Source: an uncultured Gammaproteobacteria bacterium
GTDB taxonomy: Bacteria; Patescibacteriota; Microgenomatia; CAZETR01; Amesbacteraceae
Length of the DNA: 27,160 bases
Direction: 5' to 3'
Assembly: GCA_964360495.1 (NCBI GenBank)
Contig: CAYHWU010000004.1
Location: forward strand, 1 to 27,160
Positions 1 to 6,365 of the stretch are shown in pieces; the first letter of the stretch is position 1, and each line of letters begins with the position of its first letter. Below the pieces are notes generated by a model that saw only the letters and a program-made list of their open reading frames with translations, made no database searches and was not told where the DNA came from. The translations under genes were made by a program, and so were the position numbers.

Positions 1-44
1 CAGGCCTTGATTCGCCTCCTAAATAAAATTCCTTAAATTTAATT

Positions 45-321
45 TGGTTGCGGGGCTGGGAGTCGCGCCCAGTCTGAAAGATTATGCTTGTTCTGTATTC
101 TTGAGTTACCCCAAGTGTCGGACTATATCATCTCCCGATTAAATCGGGAGTTTGGCGTGTAGTCTCTACGGACTCTCTGGTTTCCCAGGTTGCCTCGGTA
201 TTGTCCCGCATAGCTTTACGCGACGTGGGATGTCCACCGATACAGCCAAATTTTCATTCCTACATTACTGTAAGACGGGCCCATACTACTAGCCTTTCGT
301 GCAGCTCTACACTACCCCGCA
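45..321 (-). tRNA. Initiator-like tRNA-Met (CAT), split by a group I intron; exons 321-291 and 86-45
   Basis: The spliced sequence TGCGGGGTAGTGTAGAGCTGCACGAAAGGCT^CATAATCTTTCAGACTGGGCGCGACTCCCAGCCCCGCAACCA folds into a 73-nt cloverleaf with encoded CCA. The acceptor arm GCGGGG/CCCCGCAACCA matches bacterial tRNA-fMet. Confidence 0.88.
87..290 (-). ncRNA. Group I self-splicing intron (204 nt, no ORF) inserted after U33
   Basis: The 5' exon ends GGCU and pairs with IGS GGCC (U.G at the splice site); the intron ends in G. P2 has a GUAA loop (259-274), P3 is UUUGGC/GCCAAA (245-250/151-156), P7 uses GAGACUAC (159-166) and GAUAUAGUCC (120-129), P8 is a hairpin (132-150), and P9 has a GUAA loop (100-115). 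Confidence 0.93.
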
Positions 322-341
322 TGTTTTGAATGAACTCATAT

Positions 342-350
342 ATTATACCA
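342..350 (-). promoter_or_regulatory. Extended -10 promoter (TGG-TATAAT) for the intron-containing tRNA
   Basis: TGnTATAAT lies on the minus strand about 20 nt upstream of the tRNA 5' end. Confidence 0.55.
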
Positions 351-376
351 AATTGTATCTGTCATAGCGAACGTAA

Positions 377-442
377 ATACCTCACCCCTGCCCTCTCCTA
401 AATTAGGAGAGGGGGATCCATCATCAGATGGAAGGTGAGGTA
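377..442. repeat. Gene-less copy A of the ACCTCACC/CCCTCTCC palindromic element
   Basis: Outer inverted repeat TACCTCACC (378-386)/GGTGAGGTA (434-442); inner hairpin CCCTCTCCTA/TAGGAGAGGG (391-413); second hairpin TCCATC/GATGGA (417-432). Confidence 0.85.
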
Positions 443-465
443 CTGAAAAATTCAGGGTGTCAACA

Positions 466-474
466 TGTTAAAAT
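466..474 (+). promoter_or_regulatory. Extended -10 promoter (TGT-TAAAAT) for tRNA-Met
   Basis: TGnTAAAAT ends 10 nt upstream of the tRNA start at 485. Confidence 0.5.
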
Positions 475-484
475 TGTACTTATT

Positions 485-558
485 GGCTACGTAGCTTAGG
501 GGTCTAAAGCACTTGTGTCATAAACAAGGGATCGCTGGTTCAAATCCAGCCGTAGCCA
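485..558 (+). tRNA. tRNA-Met (CAT), elongator type; CCA not encoded
   Basis: Acceptor stem GGCTACG/CGTAGCC (as in E. coli elongator tRNA-Met), anticodon arm CTTGT-GTCATAA-ACAAG, T arm GCTGG-TTCAAAT-CCAGC. Confidence 0.92.
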
Positions 559-888
559 CAAATCCCACCATTTTCTCCAGTTGGGAATCTCACGCTCTTC
601 TACTCTCTTGCTCTCCTGCTCTGGTAACACAATTAAAACTTCCCCCGGTCTCGCATACCCCAACTTGGTTCTGGCCTCCTCTATCACAAAGTCATCAGTC
701 TGGACTTTGGCCAATTGTTTCTTCAATTCCTCGTTCTCTTCCCTCGCCTCTTGGGCATTCTTTTGGGCCAAGATTATTTGGTCTCTGGCTTTATAAACTT
801 TCCAAATGCCAAAGGCCGTCCGGCCAGCCAAAATGAGGCCAAAAATAACGATTAACCACCCCCGAGTAGCCGATAGTTTGTTTTTCAT
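496..888 (-). CDS. ftsB: Septum formation initiator, FtsB/DivIC family
   Basis: N-terminal TM helix, coiled coil, then 'EEARTKLGYARPGE', typical of DivIC/FtsB. The C-terminus runs antisense into tRNA-Met. Confidence 0.8.
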   Translation of the reverse strand: MKNKLSATRGWLIVIFGLILAGRTAFGIWKVYKARDQIILAQKNAQEAREENEELKKQLAKVQTDDFVIEEARTKLGYARPGEVLIVLPEQESKRVEEREIPNWRKWWDLWLRLDLNQRSLVYDTSALDP

Positions 889-946
889 ACTTGTCTCTTA
901 GCTCATTATCGTGTACAATTCGGCAGCAAGCAAGTAGGCCTGTAGT

Positions 947-1819
947 ATGAATAATTTACCAGATCAAATCAGCTTCACTATTGCCCGAGAGAAGTTTCTA
1001 GTTTATTTAAAAACTCAAAAGCGTTCATCCGCCACTGTTGTCGCATACGCTAGCGATCTTTCTCAGCTTGGAGAACATTTAAACAACAAGCGAATAACTC
1101 AGGCAACAACTGTTACCCCAGACCATCTTCAAGAATTTGTGACTCAAATTTCGACCAATGGCTATATTGCCAAGTCCATTTCCAGAAAGATCAATTCTAT
1201 GAAGACATTTTTTAAATATTTACACCAAGAAGGATTGGTTCCTGCAAACCCCACTTTGGCCATTTGCCACCCCAAAATTGAAAACAAGCCTCCTCGCATC
1301 TTGGCCCCAGTTGAGTACAAAGCCCTCCAGGAAGCTTGTAGACTCGATATTCGGCTTTGTGCAGCCGTAGAAGTCCTTCTGCAGACGGGTATGCGCATTG
1401 GAGAACTGGCCAATATTGATATTGTCGATATTCGCAAAAACGAAGTCTTGGTCAAACCTTATGAAAACAATTTAGAAAGAGTAGTTCCTCTAAACAAAAA
1501 GGCTGTTTCGGCTCTAAACAATTATTTAGCAGTTAGACCCCAGGTCAAAGAAACCAAATTATTTATTACCAAAACTGGTAGACCGCTTTTGATCAGAAAT
1601 CTAAGAGCGGCAATAGATCGCTACTTCAAATCAGCCAGCATCAAAGGAGCTAAAGTCAACGATCTGCGTCACACTTTTGTGGCCCATCAAATGCAAGCTG
1701 GAGTTGATATGGAAGTCTTGGCCAAGGTTCTTGGTTTCAAGCGCGGAGCTTCTATTTCCAAATATCTTTCCTTCGTTACTCTCCCAGAAACAAAGATCAA
1801 TAAATTGGTGGAATTATAA
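947..1819 (+). CDS. XerC/XerD-family tyrosine recombinase with divergent catalytic residues
   Basis: N-terminal core-binding (SAM-like) domain, TGMRIGEL, NDLRHTF, and LGF...SKY with Tyr at the expected +9 position. Confidence 0.88.
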   Translation: MNNLPDQISFTIAREKFLVYLKTQKRSSATVVAYASDLSQLGEHLNNKRITQATTVTPDHLQEFVTQISTNGYIAKSISRKINSMKTFFKYLHQEGLVPANPTLAICHPKIENKPPRILAPVEYKALQEACRLDIRLCAAVEVLLQTGMRIGELANIDIVDIRKNEVLVKPYENNLERVVPLNKKAVSALNNYLAVRPQVKETKLFITKTGRPLLIRNLRAAIDRYFKSASIKGAKVNDLRHTFVAHQMQAGVDMEVLAKVLGFKRGASISKYLSFVTLPETKINKLVEL

Positions 1820-1820
1820 G

Positions 1821-1892
1821 TGGGCGGAGAAGGATTCGGACCTTCAACCTCGATTGTATAAGAATCTTGCACTACCGTTGTGCTATCCGCCC
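1821..1892 (-). tRNA. tRNA-Ile (anticodon TAT/UAU); CCA not encoded
   Basis: GGGCGGA-TA-GCAC-AACGGTA-GTGC-A-AGATT-CTTATAC-AATCG-AGGTT-GAAGG-TCCGAAT-CCTTC-TCCGCCC-A. The 7-nt loop centres on TAT; C4:G69 and A73 fit Ile identity. Confidence 0.85.
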
Positions 1893-1908
1893 GGTAGATA
1901 GCATTTTA

Positions 1909-4251
1909 CTACAGCTGTGACCTTTCAGCTATTTCAGATTCGACTAGTCTGACATCTCTTCCATACTTAAGTCTCGAAAGTTGTTTGATTGCCTCAGCCA
2001 ATTTCTCATTCTTTTGAGCTTTTTCAGCTTTAATATCTTTGGTAATATCCATGGAAAATGGCTGGACTGGCTCATTGTTTACAATGGTCTTAATATAAAC
2101 ATGATATTTGTCGATGTTTAGTAAATCTGATTCATTGAAGACTGGGGTAAATTCGTGTTGCAAATAATTGGCGTCAGAAACGCCAACTCTAAAGGTCATC
2201 ACCGTACCAACATTTCCAAAAATAGCATTTTTGACCTCTTCCTCCATTTGGCCAATAAATTGGTTGGCAACCGCCAGATTTAATTTATACTTACGTGCTT
2301 CAGACAGAATAGTGGCAAAGTCAGGAGTGGCAAAATTTTGGAACTCATCGACATACAAATAAAATGGTCTTCTTTGGCTTTCAGGAATATCGGCTCGCGA
2401 CAGGGCAGCCATCAAAATTCTTGGAACCAAAATTAATCCTAGGAAGTTAGAATTCTCTTCACCAATACGGCCTTTGTTTAAATTAATAATCAAGATCTTA
2501 CCCTCGTCCATAATTTTTCTAAAGTTGATGACCGTGTTTCCCTGGCCAATAATTACCCGCATCATTTTGTCTGTGACAAAACGGCCAAATTTAGAGACGA
2601 TATAATCTAGAACTTCAGACTTGTGAAAGTCGCTGGTTTGAGCAATTTGATCTGTCCAATACCTACGTACAATTGGGTCTTTTACTTTGGGCAGCATGTC
2701 TTGGACAAAGTCCGGTCTTTGCAGGGCCTGGACGACTTCAATAAATGTCCCATTGGGAATGGCATCAAGGACTGTCAACATGGCGTTACGAATAGCATGC
2801 TCAAACCGCGGACCAATAATACCGGTCTTATGTGGATCGTACAGTTTATACATCAAACCAATAATAGAACTGGCTATAAATTGTTTTTCTTTATCATTAT
2901 TGGCCTCGATCATGTTGAGCCCTATGGGGCGTTCTTGATCACCGGGGTCAAAATAAATAACATCCTCGGCCCTTTCAGGAGGAATGTAGCCCAAAATATC
3001 TTCAGCCAAATCATGAGGATCAATGAGACAAACTCCCCGACCCTCACGAATATCCTGAAGAATCATATATTTTAGAAGTTCCGATTTTCCAGTTCCCGTA
3101 CGACCAATAATATACATGTGACGTTCTCGGTCCGACTCACCCATAAAGACTGGCTTAGTCAAACCTCGATAAACACTTTTTCCCAAGTACAGACCGTGGT
3201 CAGGAATTTGTGACGGTGCTGGGGCTCGTTTGGCATTTAACCAATGAATATGTGGAGTTTCAATAGTTTTGTTTGGGAAATGATAGATAGTGGCCAACTC
3301 TTCACTGTTTAAAATTGTCTGGGCTCCCCACCAAACCAAAGGCTGATATCTATAAATAAAGTCAGAAATAAAACTGCTCTGAAATCTTAGCTTTTTGCCT
3401 TTTAGGCCATTGTTGTCACTATTGTATTGCTCAAAGGCGGCTCGAATATTGCTCATATGAGCCTTGGCTGATTCCCGGCTTTGGGCACTGACCACCAAAC
3501 GAATAGTTGTCTCAAAACCATTTTTAGAAACTTTATTATCGACTGCTTCCAAAACTTTGGGGTCTACTTTGTAACTGGCTTTTTCTGGGTCAGATTCTGA
3601 TTTCTTGGTTTTGCCAATCCAAGATCTACCCTGAGATTTCCACTTAGAATCAGCCGGGGCAATCATTATTTGGATATGCGCTCCTTCACCATCCCCCATT
3701 TTGGCAAGTGAGGAAGTAAGCGAAGCCAAAGGATCTACAGATAAATTTTTGTAAACCTGAATTGGCTTGTATGGGACATTGCGCATCACAAGCCAAGAGT
3801 ATTCGACGTTACCATCCTGCGTAAAAATATTTGGCTCTTCTACTATTTTGATATCAGCCCCTGGGTAACTACCGTGAATCTGTTTTTCGACCAAGTCTCG
3901 AAGTTTGTTGGGAACCACAATATAAAAACGGATATCTTCTTTAATAGCCACTATTTCAAAACTAATCGCTGGTTGAGCCTGCAAGAATGAAAACCAACCA
4001 AAAGGTCCCAAGCCTCCTTTTTTGATGGCTGACAAACTATTGAAGACTTGTTCCATGGCATCAGTTTTTATCTCATTGTCCCGGGGAACCGCGACCTGCA
4101 AACAAACCATATCCAAAGATTTCTTTTCCCGGTCACGATGGCGATATAGAGCAATGGCCATGTAGACTCCAAAAAAGACCAAAAGAAACAATGTTCCAAA
4201 TAGCGTTAGCAAGATTACCAACGAAACAAATAGTGACGTTATATCAATCAT
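1909..4251 (-). CDS. Membrane-anchored VirB4/TrwB/HerA-like P-loop ATPase (T4SS coupling-protein-like, CPR type)
   Basis: N-terminal TM helix, Walker A GRTGTGKS, Walker B LYVDEFQNF, 'ILSEARKY..L..ANQ'. Confidence 0.85.
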   Translation of the reverse strand: MIDITSLFVSLVILLTLFGTLFLLVFFGVYMAIALYRHRDREKKSLDMVCLQVAVPRDNEIKTDAMEQVFNSLSAIKKGGLGPFGWFSFLQAQPAISFEIVAIKEDIRFYIVVPNKLRDLVEKQIHGSYPGADIKIVEEPNIFTQDGNVEYSWLVMRNVPYKPIQVYKNLSVDPLASLTSSLAKMGDGEGAHIQIMIAPADSKWKSQGRSWIGKTKKSESDPEKASYKVDPKVLEAVDNKVSKNGFETTIRLVVSAQSRESAKAHMSNIRAAFEQYNSDNNGLKGKKLRFQSSFISDFIYRYQPLVWWGAQTILNSEELATIYHFPNKTIETPHIHWLNAKRAPAPSQIPDHGLYLGKSVYRGLTKPVFMGESDRERHMYIIGRTGTGKSELLKYMILQDIREGRGVCLIDPHDLAEDILGYIPPERAEDVIYFDPGDQERPIGLNMIEANNDKEKQFIASSIIGLMYKLYDPHKTGIIGPRFEHAIRNAMLTVLDAIPNGTFIEVVQALQRPDFVQDMLPKVKDPIVRRYWTDQIAQTSDFHKSEVLDYIVSKFGRFVTDKMMRVIIGQGNTVINFRKIMDEGKILIINLNKGRIGEENSNFLGLILVPRILMAALSRADIPESQRRPFYLYVDEFQNFATPDFATILSEARKYKLNLAVANQFIGQMEEEVKNAIFGNVGTVMTFRVGVSDANYLQHEFTPVFNESDLLNIDKYHVYIKTIVNNEPVQPFSMDITKDIKAEKAQKNEKLAEAIKQLSRLKYGRDVRLVESEIAERSQL

Positions 4252-4654
4252 GTTTAGATTTTAATATATCTATCTGTCTTGTACACCAGACAGCGAGCCA
4301 TCGAATAGCTTCCCAAACGTGATGATGTAAACCTTTTTTGATTTGATCATCAGTCAGAGGTAATTTTATTTTGGGATTTTGGGGATTGGCAGATTGGACC
4401 AATAGAGCTTGGCCAAAGTCACCCATGACAGGGGTTTTTAGCTCAGCTGCAGTCTCTACTCTTTCAATGTGGCCGCTCTCTACCAGTTCTTTATTTGGCT
4501 CTTCCTCGATATGAGTTGGAATCTCTTTTCCAATCTTAATTGGCTCTCTTTCTTTGCCACCAAATTCAGCCACAATTTCCTGAGACAAGGTAGGCACAGG
4601 GTTTTTGGTCAAAAAATCCAAATCAGCAGCAGCTTTTTGGGCAGCATCATCCAT
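4244..4654 (-). CDS. Hypothetical protein
   Basis: 136-aa ORF with TACCAT -10 six nt before the ATG; overlaps the ATPase start, as in an operon. Confidence 0.75.
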   Translation of the reverse strand: MDDAAQKAAADLDFLTKNPVPTLSQEIVAEFGGKEREPIKIGKEIPTHIEEEPNKELVESGHIERVETAAELKTPVMGDFGQALLVQSANPQNPKIKLPLTDDQIKKGLHHHVWEAIRWLAVWCTRQIDILKSKHD

Positions 4655-4733
4655 ATCTATATGGTATCAGTTGACAACCTTAACAACAACTAACATCTAA
4701 TTATGGATGATCTAGGTGGCGGAGGTAATTAAA

Positions 4734-5189
4734 CTAAAATGAATTAAGCGTTTCGGCTTTCAGGTTTGTTATTCCTGAAAAATCTTTAGTGTTTTCTGTC
4801 ACAAGAGTGTGTATTCCATTTGACAATAGTGTAGCTGCAAGAAAAATATCGTGAATTTTTTGACCTTTGGGTTTATTCTTCATTATCAAGTCAAAAAACG
4901 TTTTTCCTGTACTTGTCGTCGGTAGTATTAACTTAATATTTTTGTTCCCCAAAAGATTTTTAATCACCTTAACTGCTTGGCTGGCAGCCATGAATCCCGG
5001 AAATCTTTTTTTATCAGTTGCTACAGCGTAAAGCTCTGATAAATTTTGCCAAGTAATTACCCCCAGTATTCTCTTTTTTGATAAATTGTTTATAAATTCT
5101 TTTGCCTTCTCATGATAAATGCTTTCACTGTTTAATGAATACACCAATATGTTTGTATCAATGCCTATTTGAAAATCGTCAAAGTTCAT
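4734..5189 (-). CDS. vapC: PIN-domain (VapC-like) toxin
   Basis: IDTNILVY...SELY...IHDIFL...TENTKDF carries the PIN acidic residues. Start taken at ATG 5189, which overlaps the antitoxin stop. Confidence 0.88.
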   Translation of the reverse strand: MNFDDFQIGIDTNILVYSLNSESIYHEKAKEFINNLSKKRILGVITWQNLSELYAVATDKKRFPGFMAASQAVKVIKNLLGNKNIKLILPTTSTGKTFFDLIMKNKPKGQKIHDIFLAATLLSNGIHTLVTENTKDFSGITNLKAETLNSF

Positions 5190-5406
5190 AAGCGTCGGCT
5201 CGTTTGAAAACATAGTTCGGATTACCCAATTTATGTGTTTTCAGTACAAACTCTTTCTCGGGTTTTGTTTTTATTTTCAGTTTGTCTTCCAACCCCTCTC
5301 TTACAAAGCCAGTCAAAGTATTTCCCATGCTTAGTGCGTGGACTTTAGCCAATGCTATTAGATCAGCAGGAAGATAAACTGTGGTTCTTACCATTTGTGT
5401 ATTCAT
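5179..5406 (-). CDS. Ribbon-helix-helix antitoxin (VapB-like)
   Basis: 'VRTTVYLPADL' beta-strand plus two helices; lies directly upstream of the PIN gene. Confidence 0.82.
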   Translation of the reverse strand: MNTQMVRTTVYLPADLIALAKVHALSMGNTLTGFVREGLEDKLKIKTKPEKEFVLKTHKLGNPNYVFKRADAYEL

Positions 5407-5441
5407 AAGTTTATGTTAACATAATAACATAATTATGTCAA
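5407..5441 (-). promoter_or_regulatory. TA promoter TTGACA-17-TAACAT with palindromic operators
   Basis: -35 at 5436-5441, -10 at 5413-5418; palindromes ATGTTAACAT (5413-5422) and ACATAATTATGT (5427-5438). Confidence 0.75.
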
Positions 5442-5911
5442 GACCAGGTCACTTCTGCTATGCCTGCTTGTTTACTTTTTGTCCTAGCCATTACAAAAAG
5501 CGCATCCGACAATCTGTTCATGTATTTTAAAATATTTTTTTCTTTAATTTCCAACTTAACAATCTCTCTTTCTGCCCTACGGCAAACGGTTCTGGCAACT
5601 TGCAGAAAACCCACTGGATAAATAAAGTTTTTAAGTTCTGGCAAGTCACGGGTCAATTTATCAATTAATTTTTCTAGGTGAGTTGTCTCATAACTTCCAA
5701 ACTTATGTTTTTTGGATCCAGCCAAAATAGAATTAATGGCCATGAGATTAGTTTGAATTCTCTGCAGCTCCTTATCTTGTCCACAAATCCCAAGCCAAGA
5801 ATTTAGTTCGTCGACGGTTCCAAGTGTAATTGCCAGTTGATCACTTTTACTTATCCTTCCACGAAATGTTCCCGTCTCCCCTTTGTCACCTTTCTTTGTA
5901 TAAATCGGCAT
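5438..5911 (-). CDS. PduO-type ATP:cob(I)alamin adenosyltransferase
   Basis: MPIYTKKGDKGETG, GTVDELNS, ARTVCRRAER, YMNRLSD. Start at 5911 is supported by TATAAT-6-ATG. Confidence 0.9.
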   Translation of the reverse strand: MPIYTKKGDKGETGTFRGRISKSDQLAITLGTVDELNSWLGICGQDKELQRIQTNLMAINSILAGSKKHKFGSYETTHLEKLIDKLTRDLPELKNFIYPVGFLQVARTVCRRAEREIVKLEIKEKNILKYMNRLSDALFVMARTKSKQAGIAEVTWS

Positions 5912-5918
5912 GGCCAAA

Positions 5919-6311
5919 TTATACCTCACCCTTTTTATTTCCCTCTCCTGCTACAGGAGAGGGAATATTACCTTTAATAATTAAAATTACTTTTTCTAAA
6001 TCATTTTCAATTTGGTTGTTCCAAAAACGAAGAATATTTATTCCAAGAGATTTTAAATACTTTGAACGAAAAATATCATATTCAGTATTACTTTTATGCT
6101 GTTGACCATCCAACTCAATACCCAAGCTTGCTTCTGTCGAATAGAAATCTAGTATGTATGGACCAACGCTATATTGGCGTTTGAATTTTACTCCAAGTTT
6201 ATTGTTTCTCAACTCTTCCCAAAGTATGCTTTCCCATTTAGTTAATTTCTTTCTCAGATAGAGTCTTCTGGTTTTCATTTTACTGGAGTTGAATAGAATC
6301 TCTCTCCACAT
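5919..6311 (-). CDS. DUF559 / Vsr-like PD-(D/E)xK endonuclease-domain protein
   Basis: 'LRKKLTKWESILWEELR...KFKRQY..GPYILDFY....LGIELDGQQH...LGINILRFWN'. TAATAT lies 6 nt before ATG 6311; the C-terminal PSPVAGEG is encoded by the repeat hairpin. Confidence 0.9.
   Translation of the reverse strand: MWREILFNSSKMKTRRLYLRKKLTKWESILWEELRNNKLGVKFKRQYSVGPYILDFYSTEASLGIELDGQQHKSNTEYDIFRSKYLKSLGINILRFWNNQIENDLEKVILIIKGNIPSPVAGEGNKKGEV
5921..5964. repeat. Left half of the element: ATACCTCACC plus CCCTCTCCTG-cta-CAGGAGAGGG hairpin
   Basis: Hairpin arms 5940-5950/5954-5964. Confidence 0.88.
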
Positions 6312-6325
6312 ACCTATATATTACT

Positions 6326-6363
6326 CCCCTCTCCTGAGGCAGGAGAGGGGCTGGGGGTGAGGT
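6326..6363. repeat. Right half of the element: CCCCTCTCCTG-agg-CAGGAGAGGGG hairpin plus GGTGAGGT
   Basis: Hairpin arms 6326-6336/6340-6350; terminal motif 6356-6363. Confidence 0.88.
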
Positions 6364-6365
6364 CT

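Larger units (their letters stand above)
5921..6363 (-). mobile_element. Putative DUF559-carrying palindromic element (gene-containing form)
   Basis: Terminal inverted repeat ACCTCACC (5923-5930)/GGTGAGGT (6356-6363) encloses hairpin - DUF559 gene - hairpin; it sits between the nrdJ stop and the adenosyltransferase start. Confidence 0.6.

Noticed and set aside
1-44. Possible start of another tRNA on the minus strand (GGAGGCG...)
   Set aside because: It is cut by the window edge and no D-arm can be confirmed.
485-1892. Tyrosine recombinase between two tRNAs as an integrative element
   Set aside because: No duplicated tRNA 3' end (att site) is visible, the cargo is the housekeeping gene ftsB, and the protein is Xer-like.
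5410-5443. dif/pdif-like sequence (..CATAA-N8-TTATGTTAAC)
   Set aside because: The spacer is 8 bp rather than 6 and there is no partner site; the TA promoter with RHH operator palindromes explains it better.
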